This document shows, piece by piece, positions 48,580-58,755 of a stretch of 64,000 bases of DNA (the stretch's first letter is position 1; each line of letters opens with the position of its first letter). The notes under the pieces are model-generated. The model was not told the DNA's origin. It made no database searches and saw only the letters and a list, made by a program, of their open reading frames with translations. The translations under genes were made by a program, and so were the position numbers. The stretch is from Tepidisphaera sp. (GTDB taxonomy: Bacteria; Planctomycetota; Phycisphaerae; Phycisphaerales; UBA1924). The stretch spans positions 2,208,001 to 2,272,000 of the forward strand of contig CP051526.1 in assembly GCA_050916045.1 (NCBI GenBank), in the 5' to 3' direction.

Positions 48580-51500
48580 CCCCCAGTCCCCTTCCACATC
48601 TGAGCCACACCCGCCACCGTCGGCGCGTTCTTCCCCGCAAGCTCCGGCGCGAACATCGCAAGCCTCAGTTCCTCGAGCGCCCACCGATACTTCTCGACCG
48701 CCGCCGGCAGCTTCCCCGGCTGCATCGCCCACGCGCCCGCGTCCAGATTCACCGTCGGAGCCGCTCTTCGCGACTGCGGCAGCGCGGCTTTCGTCTTGGT
48801 CGCGAGAGCCGCGCCCGCTTCCTCCGCTTCCCGCTCCTTGCTCATCGCCGCCGCGACCCACCCCGTGAACTTCTTCCAGTGCGGCAGGTACTGCTCAAGA
48901 AGCTGCTTCTCCGCGCCCGACCCGTCCTCGCGCAAGCCGAGCAGCCTCGCCCGCATCGCCGCCGAATACCGCGGAAACTCCTTCAGCCTCTCCCACGGCA
49001 CAAGCAGCACAAACCCCGGCGGCATCAGATACGCCGCCTGCTCGCGCAAGTCCGCCATGCTCATCGCCCAGTGCCGATTCGTCCCGCTCGCAAGCCGCTT
49101 GGCCACCAGAAACCTCGGCTCCAAAATCCGCCCCACCACATCCGCCACCTCACGGACCACAATCGAAAGCCTGCCCCACCCCGCCTGCTGCCGCTCGTCG
49201 AACTGTTCCGCAGTTCTTGGAACCGCTCCACCGGACAGAAACGCCCGCTCCGCGATCAAGCACGTCAGATCCGACCGCAGCGCCGCCGCCGTTCCAAAGT
49301 GCCCATAGTGCTTGACCAGTTCAGGCCACGCCGCGAGCGCATCCAGCTCATGCGCGATCTGCTCCTTGCACGCGATCGCAAAAAGCCGCCGAACCCCAAG
49401 CACCGTCGCCGCCGCCGCTTCCTCCTTCGACCCAACCAGCGTCAAAGCACACGCCTCCCCGCGATCCACCAGCGCGGGAAATCTCCCCTCCTCCTCGATC
49501 GTCTCAGGCAACGTTCCAAAGTCCCACGCGACGATCCCCTCTCGCTCAAACCGTGCTTTCGCCCGCGCCCCGCGAGCTTTCGCCACCTTCGCCTCAAGCT
49601 TCTCCTGCAGCTCCGCGACATCCCGCCCCGCGCCGACCTCTTTCTCCCCATCCATCACCACCACGCGAAGCTTGAGGTACGCCGGCAGCGCCTTCGGCGA
49701 AAACGCCCCGGCCTCAATCGTCACGCCGTGCAGCACCCCGACCGCTTCCGCCACCGCAGCCGCAATCGCGCCCTTCCCAAACTCAAGCACCTCCGCCACG
49801 CCGCTCGCCACCTCGCCCAGCTCCCCCTTCGCTTCGATCTTCTGCCGCTCCTGCTTCCCAATCGTCTTGAAAAGCCCCGCAACCACCTCCGGCAGCATCC
49901 CCGGCACCAGCCACGCCGCCCGCTCCGCCGTGATCGCCGGCAGATCCCCCACGTCCACCGTCGCCGTCACGCCGTCCTCATCGCTCCCGGCTTCGAACAC
50001 ATACGCGAGCGGCACCGGCTTCTCCGCTTCGCACGCGAGCACGCTCGGATACGCCTCCTCGCTCGCCGCCCGCGCCGCTTCCGGGTTCAGCACGTCGCCA
50101 AGCCCCGGCACGCCCGCATTCGCATCCTGCGTCGAAGCCCGCCACTCCACAAGCGTCCCGGGATCCACCACGCTCTTCGGCAGCGCCCGCTCAAACCACG
50201 CCACCAGCTCCGCTTCGCTCTTCACCACGCCCCGCCGCCGCAATTTCGCCTGCACGCTCGCCGCCGACTCAAGCACCTTCCGCACCCGCCCCACATACCC
50301 CCCCGCGCCCTTCCACTTCCCAAGCACCAGCGCATCACGAATGAAAAGCCCACGCGCCCGCTCCGGATCGCTCCCCGCGATCGCTACCCGCCGCCGCGGC
50401 ACCACGACGATCCCGTTCATCGTCGACCGCTCCCACGCGCTCGGCTCGCCCGTCTCCGCATCCAGATGCGGATCCGTCAGCTGCCGATCAAGCACGTGCC
50501 CCGCAAGCTCCTCGATCCACTCCGCCGGCACCCCCGCCACCGTCCGCGCATAAAGCTTCGTCGTCTGCACCACCTCCGCCGCCATGATCCACTTCGGCCC
50601 CTTCTTGAAAAGCACCGACCCCGGGAACAAGCTCACCACGTTCCCTTTCACACCCTTGTACTCATACCCGCTCCCATCCGTCCGACACGCCAGATTCGAA
50701 AGCAACCCCGTCAACAGTGCCCGATGGATTCGCTCGCCTCCCCCGCCCCCGGCGGGGGAGGTGGCCGAGCGCAGCAAGGCCGGAGGGGGTGCCTTCGTCT
50801 CTCCCGGAGCCATCAAATCCCCCAACTGCCGCGCCGTCTCCTCCCACTCCCGCATCCGATTCGCATTGATGAAGTGCTCCCGGCACCACGAAGCCAGCGC
50901 ACTGCTCCCCCGATCCTCCGCCGCGTGCTGATACTGCTCATACACGTTCAGCAACGTCAGAAAATCGCTCGACTCATCCCGAAACACCTTGTGCGCCTCG
51001 TCCGCCGCGCCCGCACGCTCCATCGGCCGCTCACGCGGATCCTGAATCGAAAGCCCCGCCGCCAACACCACCACCTCCCCCACACACCCCTCCGCTTCCG
51101 CCGCCACCAACATCCGCCCGATCCGCGGATCCACCGGCAACCGCGACAACCTCCGCCCAACCTCCGTGATCCGGTATCCACTGCCGGGCTCCCCGACCCG
51201 CGTCCCTTTCGTCACCGCCCCAAGCTCCACCAGCGTCTCATACCCCTCCGCCACCGCTTTCGCATCCGGCGGATCCAAAAGCGGCAACCGCTCCAGCGAC
51301 AACCCCATCGCCGACACCTGCAGAATCACCGAAGCCAGGCTCGTCCGCCGGATCTCCGGCTCCGTGAAGACCGGCCGCGCCTGATACCCCTTCTCGCTGT
51401 ACAACCGCACGCACACACCCGCCGCCACGCGCCCGCACCGCCCCTTCCGCTGATCCGCCGAAGCCCGCGACACCCGCACCACCGGCAGCGTCTGCACCTT

Positions 51501-52520
51501 CCGCCCCGCATCGTAAAAGTTCCGCCGCTCGAGGCCCGTATCCACCACATGCCGAATCCCCGGCACCGTGAGCGATGTCTCCGCGACGTTCGTCGACAAA
51601 ATCACCCGCGTCTTGCCGCCCGCTTTCCAATGGAAAATCCGATCCTGCTCCGCGTTGCTCAGCTTGGAGAAAAGCGGCAGCACCTCCGCATCCACCCGCG
51701 CCGCCCGCAGCGCCTCCGCACACCGCCTGATCTCCCGCTCGCCGGGCAGAAACACGAGCACATCCCCCGCCGCGACCGTCGGCCCCGTCAGTTCATCCAC
51801 CGCTTCCACGACGGCCTGCGGATCAACCTCCGGATCCTCATCCTCGTGCCACCGCGCCGTGCGATACCGCACCTCGACGCCGTACGTCCTCCCCGAAACC
51901 TCAAGCACCGGCGCAACCGCCGGCCCGCCGAAGAAATCGCTGAACCGCCTGGGCTCGATCGTCGCCGACGTCACGATCACCCGCAGATCGCTCCGCCGCT
52001 CAAGCAACCCCTTCAGATATCCGAGCAGGATGTCCACGTTGAGCGACCGCTCATGGGCTTCATCCAGAATCACCGTCGAATACGCCGAAAGCTCCGGATC
52101 CTGCGCGATCTCCGCAAGCAGCATCCCGTCCGTCATCACCGTGATCCCGGTCTCCCGGCTCACCCGCTCCTCAAACCGCACCTTGTACCCCACCAGCCCG
52201 CCGACCCGCACCCCCATCTCCTCCGCGATCCGCGAAGCCACCGCCCGCGCCGCAAGCCGCCGCGGCTGCGTATGCACGATGCCTCCCCCGCCCCCGGCGG
52301 GGGAGGTGCCGAGTCTGTGGGGGCGAGGCGGAGGGAGTTCCCCCCGCGAGCCGGGGCGTGTCGCCCCGCCGTCTTCCCTCATCCCCCACACAATCTGCGG
52401 CAACTGCGTCGTCTTCCCCGACCCCGTCTCTCCCGTCAAAACCAAAACACGAAACCGCCGAAGCAGATCCTCGATCTCCCCACGCCTCTGCACCACCGGC
52501 AACGTCAAATCCAAAGCCAT
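48576..52520 (-). CDS. hrpA: ATP-dependent RNA helicase HrpA with C-terminal DUF3418
   Basis: GETGSGKTTQLPQ, TQPRR, DEAHERS, SAT, TNVAETSLT, QRKGRCGR, RWALEELR. Confidence 0.95.
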   Translation of the reverse strand: MALDLTLPVVQRRGEIEDLLRRFRVLVLTGETGSGKTTQLPQIVWGMREDGGATRPGSRGELPPPRPHRLGTSPAGGGGGIVHTQPRRLAARAVASRIAEEMGVRVGGLVGYKVRFEERVSRETGITVMTDGMLLAEIAQDPELSAYSTVILDEAHERSLNVDILLGYLKGLLERRSDLRVIVTSATIEPRRFSDFFGGPAVAPVLEVSGRTYGVEVRYRTARWHEDEDPEVDPQAVVEAVDELTGPTVAAGDVLVFLPGEREIRRCAEALRAARVDAEVLPLFSKLSNAEQDRIFHWKAGGKTRVILSTNVAETSLTVPGIRHVVDTGLERRNFYDAGRKVQTLPVVRVSRASADQRKGRCGRVAAGVCVRLYSEKGYQARPVFTEPEIRRTSLASVILQVSAMGLSLERLPLLDPPDAKAVAEGYETLVELGAVTKGTRVGEPGSGYRITEVGRRLSRLPVDPRIGRMLVAAEAEGCVGEVVVLAAGLSIQDPRERPMERAGAADEAHKVFRDESSDFLTLLNVYEQYQHAAEDRGSSALASWCREHFINANRMREWEETARQLGDLMAPGETKAPPPALLRSATSPAGGGGGERIHRALLTGLLSNLACRTDGSGYEYKGVKGNVVSLFPGSVLFKKGPKWIMAAEVVQTTKLYARTVAGVPAEWIEELAGHVLDRQLTDPHLDAETGEPSAWERSTMNGIVVVPRRRVAIAGSDPERARGLFIRDALVLGKWKGAGGYVGRVRKVLESAASVQAKLRRRGVVKSEAELVAWFERALPKSVVDPGTLVEWRASTQDANAGVPGLGDVLNPEAARAASEEAYPSVLACEAEKPVPLAYVFEAGSDEDGVTATVDVGDLPAITAERAAWLVPGMLPEVVAGLFKTIGKQERQKIEAKGELGEVASGVAEVLEFGKGAIAAAVAEAVGVLHGVTIEAGAFSPKALPAYLKLRVVVMDGEKEVGAGRDVAELQEKLEAKVAKARGARAKARFEREGIVAWDFGTLPETIEEEGRFPALVDRGEACALTLVGSKEEAAAATVLGVRRLFAIACKEQIAHELDALAAWPELVKHYGHFGTAAALRSDLTCLIAERAFLSGGAVPRTAEQFDERQQAGWGRLSIVVREVADVVGRILEPRFLVAKRLASGTNRHWAMSMADLREQAAYLMPPGFVLLVPWERLKEFPRYSAAMRARLLGLREDGSGAEKQLLEQYLPHWKKFTGWVAAAMSKEREAEEAGAALATKTKAALPQSRRAAPTVNLDAGAWAMQPGKLPAAVEKYRWALEELRLAMFAPELAGKNAPTVAGVAQMWKGTGG
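50737..50789. repeat. Palindromic element in frame in hrpA
   Basis: cctcccccgcccccggcgggggaggtg, 27 nt identical to 52282. Confidence 0.85.
52282..52368. repeat. Two adjacent palindromic elements in frame in hrpA
   Basis: Copy of the 50737 element plus cgcgagccggggcgtgtcgccccg (also at 52549 and 53511). Confidence 0.85.
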
Positions 52521-52548
52521 GCCACAGGGTAACTCCTCCCCCGCACCA

Positions 52549-52636
52549 CGCGAGCCGGAGCGTGTCGCCCCGTCCCCCTTCTCCCCGTCGCCTCGACCGG
52601 GAGAAGGTCCCGCACCAGCCGGGATGAGGGTCTTCG
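52549..52636. repeat. Two intergenic REP-like elements
   Basis: 24-mer matching 52345 and 53511; hairpin matching 18270-18329. Confidence 0.8.
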
Positions 52637-52738
52637 TTGGTCCACCAAAACACACACTGCTCACCGACCCGCGTTATGCTCCTCGCTCCACCTCTCACCG
52701 GCCCAATCCACCCGAGCGAAGACCTCCGAAATCACCCC

Positions 52739-53500
52739 ATGCTGCCCCCAGCGTCCGACCCCCAGCTCGCGTTCAAGGAGATCGCCCGCCGAATCGGTTC
52801 ATTGCTGCGTTCAAAGGGCTTCAAGGGCTCCGGCCAGAAGTTCTACCGCGCCATCAGCGGCACGGACGAAGTGTGGCAGACGTTCTCGCGCCAGCGCACC
52901 CAATGGCGCGTCTCTCCCACCGATCCCGTGAACTTCACGGCAAATGTTTACCTCTGCTTTCCCAAGCTTGACCAAGAGGCACTTGAGCGAGTGTTGGAGT
53001 GCAGCGTGGACCGCCCCAACAACCGCACGCCCAAATCATTCGGATACGGCGACCTGCAACTCCGCGTTGGAGATCTCCTCCCTCCGAATCGCCATGATGT
53101 GTGGTGGGACGTCGACGCCGAACTCCTGGAACCGCTCTGGTCCACGCTCGATCCCCTCTTTCACCAAACGATCCTCCCCGCGCTCGACGAGCTCGGTTCC
53201 CGAGTCGGCCTGGCAAAGCTCATGCACCGCCTGCCGTGGATGGCGTGGCCTGCAACGCTCGTCTGGCTCGGATCCCTCGCCCCCTCTCCGTGGATCGTTC
53301 GCAAGGATGCATGCGGGCTCCCGCTTCCGAAACCGTCGGACGACGAACTTCGCATGTACGGCTTCCTGATGGAAGAAGACCTCCGCAGATTCTCGCAGTG
53401 CGAGGACGAAGCCACATTCCTCGCGATTCGCAGCCAGATCATCTCACAAGCCAAATCACGACTGGGACTGGATTCTCAATCCCCTCCACCAGTGACCTGA
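52739..53500 (+). CDS. DUF4304-like protein
   Basis: LLRSKGFKGSGQKFYR..FTANV..RVGDL..DVWW pattern. Confidence 0.7.
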   Translation: MLPPASDPQLAFKEIARRIGSLLRSKGFKGSGQKFYRAISGTDEVWQTFSRQRTQWRVSPTDPVNFTANVYLCFPKLDQEALERVLECSVDRPNNRTPKSFGYGDLQLRVGDLLPPNRHDVWWDVDAELLEPLWSTLDPLFHQTILPALDELGSRVGLAKLMHRLPWMAWPATLVWLGSLAPSPWIVRKDACGLPLPKPSDDELRMYGFLMEEDLRRFSQCEDEATFLAIRSQIISQAKSRLGLDSQSPPPVT

Positions 53501-53510
53501 CCCGTCGCCC

Positions 53511-53534
53511 CGCGAGCCGGGGCGTGTCGCCCCG
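53511..53534. repeat. 24-bp REP-like element
   Basis: Identical to 52345-52368. Confidence 0.8.
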
Positions 53535-53679
53535 CTCCCTTCTCTGGACCCTCCGTCTCGCCTCACACTCCGCACCCTACACGGAAACGAACCACCATCG
53601 GCACAGATCCGTGCCCCATCCGCCAAGGGTCGCCCGCCGCCCGCAGCACATCGCCTCCGAATCAGTATGATCTCACGCC

Positions 53680-54501
53680 ATGACGCTCGGACTGCTCAAG
53701 CTCTATTCCGATCTCGCCCGGGCGGCGATGTTCAGCCCGCTGCTCGTACTCGCCGCGCTCTTCGGCATCGGTTTCGCCGTCTACGCCCCGGGAAACAACC
53801 CGCCAAGTTGGGCCGATCCCGTCATCAATGGCCTGGCCCTCTCGCTCTTCATCTCGCTCGGCTTGAGCATCATCGGTGTGCTCGCCAACCTCCTCATCCG
53901 CCGCGCCAAGCACAAGTTCGGAACCGCTCTGCTCAACAGCCGACCGCCGACAAGCCCGACGCATCCCGAGCCCCTCCCCTCCACACTCGGATCCTGGCGT
54001 GTGCGGCAACCCGAACCGGCTCGCGTCAGGCTCTCCCGAGCCAGCGCACCGATCCTGCTGCGACACGTGGTTGATGCCCTGCTCGTCGCATCGCTGTTCG
54101 GCCTCCTTGCGGTCGCCAAGCCCGCTTCAGGCGCCGCAGGCCAGACCGCGTTCGGCGTCGTCTTCCTGATGTTCGCCGTGGTCGCCGCGCTCTTCCACTT
54201 CTCCCGCACCATCGAACTTCGCGACAACGGCGATTCCCTGACCTTCACCATGTGCACGCGGTTCTTCGGGATCCCCCTCCAGCGCAAGTCCATGACCACG
54301 CCAAGACCCTTGATCGCGGCATTCCCGCTCGAGGGATTGCGTCTTTCCGGCCCCTCGGCGACGCTCAGCATCTCACATCTGTCCCCGGGTGATCTCGGTC
54401 TCTGGGAAGGCGCTCAGCTCACGCTCTGGGCCCGCGCCTTGGTTCCGTTGGTCTCGCCGGCGGATGTCGAGTCCGACGAAGACTTCCCCTCCGCGCCGTG
54501 A
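53680..54501 (+). CDS. Hypothetical membrane protein
   Basis: About 4 TM segments; TATGAT 8 nt upstream. Confidence 0.7.
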   Translation: MTLGLLKLYSDLARAAMFSPLLVLAALFGIGFAVYAPGNNPPSWADPVINGLALSLFISLGLSIIGVLANLLIRRAKHKFGTALLNSRPPTSPTHPEPLPSTLGSWRVRQPEPARVRLSRASAPILLRHVVDALLVASLFGLLAVAKPASGAAGQTAFGVVFLMFAVVAALFHFSRTIELRDNGDSLTFTMCTRFFGIPLQRKSMTTPRPLIAAFPLEGLRLSGPSATLSISHLSPGDLGLWEGAQLTLWARALVPLVSPADVESDEDFPSAP

Positions 54502-54527
54502 TTCCTTAAACGCACGTCGAGAGCCCC

Positions 54528-54935
54528 TCACTCCCCCACCAACTCCAGCGCCCACCCCGGCCCCGAGATCTCGTACCGACCCACCTTGACCTTCCGTATC
54601 GACCCCCACTTGATCAGCCCCTTGGGCTTCAGCTCCATCGCTTCAAACGGCACCGAGAACGCCCGCGCCCCGAACACCCGCGCAAGCCACATCGGTGCAA
54701 AGTGCACGCCGAACTCATCCGCCGTCACCACAAAGCACCCGCCGAAGTTCATCGCATCCACCGCGATCGACTGGTACCGCTTCGTCACCGCACCTGCACC
54801 CACCGCCACCGGCGGATACGCCCTTGCAAGCTCAGCGAACGTGAGCTTCACCCATTGCCGAATCCCGCAAATCACAAGCGAATCCACCAGCAGGAAGACC
54901 CCCACCACCACCAGGATCGATCCCGTGCCCGGCAA
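54528..54935 (-). CDS. Hypothetical membrane-anchored protein
   Basis: N-terminal TM segment; host-like codon pattern; follows the kinase gene. Confidence 0.65.
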   Translation of the reverse strand: MPGTGSILVVVGVFLLVDSLVICGIRQWVKLTFAELARAYPPVAVGAGAVTKRYQSIAVDAMNFGGCFVVTADEFGVHFAPMWLARVFGARAFSVPFEAMELKPKGLIKWGSIRKVKVGRYEISGPGWALELVGE

Positions 54936-54950
54936 CGACGTCCCCTCTCC

Positions 54951-57794
54951 CTACTTGCCCTCGATCTTCTTCATCGTCGCTTCCGCTTTCTCGATCCGGT
55001 TGTGCCCCTCTGGAAGCGACTTCTTCAGCCGTTCCAGCCCCTCCTCCACCCACGGCTTGGCTTCCTCGGGCTTGCCGAGATCAATCAGACACTCCCCGAG
55101 GTTCACCCGCGCCTGCCCGAGGATCCAGTGCCCCTCCGGCACCACGTTGTCGATCCCGGCGATCAGCTCGCGGAAAAGCCCCTCCGCTTCCCCAGGCTTC
55201 TTCCGATCCAGCAGCAGAAGCCCGAGATTGTTCACGACGGTCAGCGTCACCATCGCCCCATCCCCATTGACCCGCCGCCGCGACTCGAGCGTCCGACGCA
55301 TCAGCTCCTCGGCCTCATCCAGCTTGCCCCCAAGCTGAAGCGACCGGGCCAGATTCGCTTCGTACGTCAGCGTCAGGTCATCCTCCGGCCCGCGAAGCCG
55401 TCCCGCCGCTTCCGCCGCTTCCCGAAGCACCTTCTCCGCTTCGTCGTACTTCTTCTGCTGCTCGAGAATCAGCCCCAGCACGTTCGCCGTCGTCAGCGTG
55501 TCCGAGTGCGCCATCCCGAAGAGCTTCTTCTTCGCTTCAAACGCCTCTCGACCCACCCGCTCGGCTTCCTCCAGTCGTCCAAGATCCTTCAGGATCCCCG
55601 CCCGGATCGACAGCGCCGTCAGCGTCACCCGCGAGTCCATCCCAAGCGCCGCTTTCGCCTGCTCCACAAGCTCCGCCGACTCCTTGTCCGCCTCCTCAAG
55701 CTTGCCGATGTGCTGCAGCGCGTCCGCGATGCTCAGCCGCGTGTCCAGCGCCTCGCTCGAAGTCGCCCCCAGCGCCTCCTTCTGCCCGGCGTACGCCTTG
55801 CGGAAGATCTCAAGCCCGCCCGCATGATCCCCGCTTCGCTGCTTGGCCACGCCGAGCTGGCTCAGCGTGACGAGCGTGTGCGGGTGATTCTCGCCGAGCA
55901 CCCGCGCCCGCCGCTCGTACACCGTCTCCCAGATCTTCGTCGCTTCCTCCGTCCGCCCCATCGAGTACATCGCCACGGCCTGGTTGAACCGCGTCTCCAT
56001 CGCGTTCTTGTCGTCCGCGCCCAGGTTCGCTTCATCCAGATCCGCCGCGATCTTCAGCTGCTGCACCGCTTCGTCAAACCGCCCAAGCTGGAAGTACGTC
56101 TGCCCGATCGTCGAGCGGAGCGAAGCCTCCGAGTACGGCTGCCCCTTCATCGCCTCGCCCACCATCGCCGCCGCCGAGTCCAGCATCTCCCGCACCGTCA
56201 ACTCGCGGCCCTTGGCTTTCTCCGGGCTGACCGACGAGAGCATCTGCAGCAGGAACATCATGTTCGTCTCGGACCGCTTGCGCTGCTCGGTCTCATCCTC
56301 GCGCGCTTTGCGTTCCTTCGCGGCAAGCTCCGTCGCCCGCGTGGCTTCCTGCTGCGCGATCGCGGCCGCTTTCGTCGCCCGATCCGCCGCCATCCGCTCG
56401 CTCTCCGCGGACTCCTTCGCCCGCACGTACCCGCCCACGATCCCGCCCGCCCCCGCGATCAGGCCGATCGCCACGACCGCTCCCGCCGCCGCGGCCACCC
56501 GATGCCGGCGGATGAACTTGCTCGCCCGGTACGCCACCGACTCGGGCCCCGCGATCAGCGGCTTGCCCTCGAGATAATTCCTGATGTCATCCGCGAGCTG
56601 GTCGGCGCTGCGGTACCGGTCCCGCCGACGCTTCCGCATCGCCATCAGCGGGATCCACTCCAGCTCCCGGTTCAGCTCCCGCCGCAGCGAAGCCACGTCC
56701 GACCGGTGCCGCCTGGCCACTTCTTCTGCCGCCGCCCCCATCTGGCTCAGCCGCGTCGACGGCCGCGGCGGCTCCACCTCGCGGATCACCCGCTGGATCT
56801 CCGCATACCCCGCCGACCGCAGCGTCGAGCTGTCAAACGGCAGCGTCCCCACGAGCAGCTCATAAAGCAGCACGCCCAGGCTGTACACGTCCGTCCGCGT
56901 GTCCACGTCACCCGCGTCCCCATCGTCGTTCGACTTCCCGCCCCCACCCCCGCCCCCACCGGTCGCCTGCTCCGGCGACATGTACTCCGGCGTCCCGATC
57001 AGTTGCCCGTGCTCGGTGAACGCCGACCGCGACATCTCGCCCCGTCCGATGGCTTTCGCGATCCCAAAATCGATGACCTTGACGAGCGCCCCTTCCGTCC
57101 CGTCCGTGCCGCTCCCGCGCCCGCCGTACACCACAAGCACGTTGCTCGGCTTGAGGTCCCGGTGGATGATCCCGCGCTGGTGGGCGTGCTGCACCGCTTC
57201 GCACACCTGGACGAAAAGCTTCAGCCGCTCCCGCGTCCCGAGCATCATCCGGTCGCAGTAGTCCGTGATCGGCAGCCCCTCCACATACTCCATCGCGAAA
57301 TACGGCCGCCCATTCAGCGTCGTCCCCGCATCAAACACCTTCGCGATGCCCGGGTGGTTCATCACCGCCAGCGCCTGCCGCTCCTGCTCGAACCGCCCGA
57401 CCACCAGGCGGCTGTCCATCCCCGGCTTGATGACCTTGACCGCCACCCGCTGCACGATCGGCACCCGCCGCTCGGCCAGATACACAATCCCAAACCCACC
57501 CTCGCCCAAAACCCTGAGCACGTGGTACGGCCCAATCGCGCTTCCGGGCCCCTCCACCAGCGCCGCCCCGCCCGCAACCACCACCCCACCCACCACCCCA
57601 CCCACCACCCCGCCCGCCGCACCACCCGCGACACTCACCCCGGCCCCGGCCCCGAACACATCCGCCGAGAGGATCCCCCCCGCCCCCGAATCCGCCGGCA
57701 TCGGCGCCGTCGGCTCATCAGGATGAGCCGCCTTCCCAACGGGAGGCGTGGGCGGCGTGGGGGGATGGGGGGAGGTGGGGGTTGAGTCGTTCAC
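54951..57794 (-). CDS. Ser/Thr protein kinase with TM segment and TPR repeats
   Basis: GEGGFG, VAVK, HRDLKPSN, DFG, GTPEYMSPEQ, kinesin-light-chain-type TPRs. Confidence 0.95.
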   Translation of the reverse strand: MNDSTPTSPHPPTPPTPPVGKAAHPDEPTAPMPADSGAGGILSADVFGAGAGVSVAGGAAGGVVGGVVGGVVVAGGAALVEGPGSAIGPYHVLRVLGEGGFGIVYLAERRVPIVQRVAVKVIKPGMDSRLVVGRFEQERQALAVMNHPGIAKVFDAGTTLNGRPYFAMEYVEGLPITDYCDRMMLGTRERLKLFVQVCEAVQHAHQRGIIHRDLKPSNVLVVYGGRGSGTDGTEGALVKVIDFGIAKAIGRGEMSRSAFTEHGQLIGTPEYMSPEQATGGGGGGGGKSNDDGDAGDVDTRTDVYSLGVLLYELLVGTLPFDSSTLRSAGYAEIQRVIREVEPPRPSTRLSQMGAAAEEVARRHRSDVASLRRELNRELEWIPLMAMRKRRRDRYRSADQLADDIRNYLEGKPLIAGPESVAYRASKFIRRHRVAAAAGAVVAIGLIAGAGGIVGGYVRAKESAESERMAADRATKAAAIAQQEATRATELAAKERKAREDETEQRKRSETNMMFLLQMLSSVSPEKAKGRELTVREMLDSAAAMVGEAMKGQPYSEASLRSTIGQTYFQLGRFDEAVQQLKIAADLDEANLGADDKNAMETRFNQAVAMYSMGRTEEATKIWETVYERRARVLGENHPHTLVTLSQLGVAKQRSGDHAGGLEIFRKAYAGQKEALGATSSEALDTRLSIADALQHIGKLEEADKESAELVEQAKAALGMDSRVTLTALSIRAGILKDLGRLEEAERVGREAFEAKKKLFGMAHSDTLTTANVLGLILEQQKKYDEAEKVLREAAEAAGRLRGPEDDLTLTYEANLARSLQLGGKLDEAEELMRRTLESRRRVNGDGAMVTLTVVNNLGLLLLDRKKPGEAEGLFRELIAGIDNVVPEGHWILGQARVNLGECLIDLGKPEEAKPWVEEGLERLKKSLPEGHNRIEKAEATMKKIEGK

Positions 57795-57800
57795 TGGACC

Positions 57801-57837
57801 AAAAGAATAGGGATCGCGGCCGCTCGCCGCGATCCCT
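57801..57837 (-). terminator. Intrinsic terminator of the FN3-like gene
   Basis: AGGGATCGCGGC stem (12 bp) followed by ATTCTTTT on the minus strand. Confidence 0.75.
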
Positions 57838-57869
57838 TCGGTCGCCTTTGGTGGTACGAAACCGGACCT

Positions 57870-58571
57870 TTACGCGGCCTGTTTCAGGGGGCTTGGCGTG
57901 GGGCTGTCCATAAACTGCGCCGCGATCACCGACGCCCCGCCGCTCTGCCCGAACATCACGATGAACGGGCTCGCGGGCTGCCCGATGAACTCGGCCCGCT
58001 GCGCCGTGACCACATACTCGACGCGGTTGACGCCCGCGGGGATCGTCGTGTCCGTGAAGTTCCGCACGCCGACCACGGCGACGGGCGTGAATCCGCTCTC
58101 GCCCTCGGCCCGGCGCACGATCTTGTACACCGTGCCGGTCGTGTTGGGCGGGTTGACGCACTTCCACCGCATCGTGACCGACCCATCGGGGTTGAGCCCG
58201 GCCTTGAACTGCTCGGGCGTGCCGGGGGGCCCGGCGGGCGCGGGCGTCGCGGGCGGCGGGAGCTGGGCGATGGCGTAGACGCCGTCGGGGTTGGCCTGGA
58301 TCTCGGCAAAGCCGCGGATGATCCGCACGCAGTCCCCGCCCGTGCGGCGGAGCGCGGCCACGGCGTTCTGCTGCGCGATCACCGCGTTCCGCAGCGCCTG
58401 CTCGGCGTTCAGCTGCGCGGTCCACGCGGCCCGGGCCGCGATCGTGGCGTTCTTGAAATCGGTGGCGAGCGGCGTCGGCAGCCCGATCGCCGCGGCCTGC
58501 AGCAACCAGACGCCCTGCCGCTGCTCGCAGAACTCAAGGAGGTTGTTGATCCGACTCGGGAAGACGCTCAT
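57870..58571 (-). CDS. Hypothetical protein: helical N-domain + FN3-like C-domain
   Basis: Ala-rich helices, Pro linker, then VTMRW..YKIVRR..FTDTT..EYVVTAQ; AAGGA RBS. Confidence 0.8.
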   Translation of the reverse strand: MSVFPSRINNLLEFCEQRQGVWLLQAAAIGLPTPLATDFKNATIAARAAWTAQLNAEQALRNAVIAQQNAVAALRRTGGDCVRIIRGFAEIQANPDGVYAIAQLPPPATPAPAGPPGTPEQFKAGLNPDGSVTMRWKCVNPPNTTGTVYKIVRRAEGESGFTPVAVVGVRNFTDTTIPAGVNRVEYVVTAQRAEFIGQPASPFIVMFGQSGGASVIAAQFMDSPTPSPLKQAA

Positions 58572-58755
58572 GGGGTTCCTTTCGTGGCGCCGGGCGCCGA
58601 GGGCCCGAGGCGGCACGCCCGGGGCCGCCCGGAACATCGTCGCGAGCGATCACCGCCGCCAGACTTTCTTGAGCCTCGTGCGATTTCGGCATCGATCCCG
58701 GCCGCGCACCCCTCACACCCCGCACCCCTTCCCCATCTTCTCGCCGCGCGACGCC

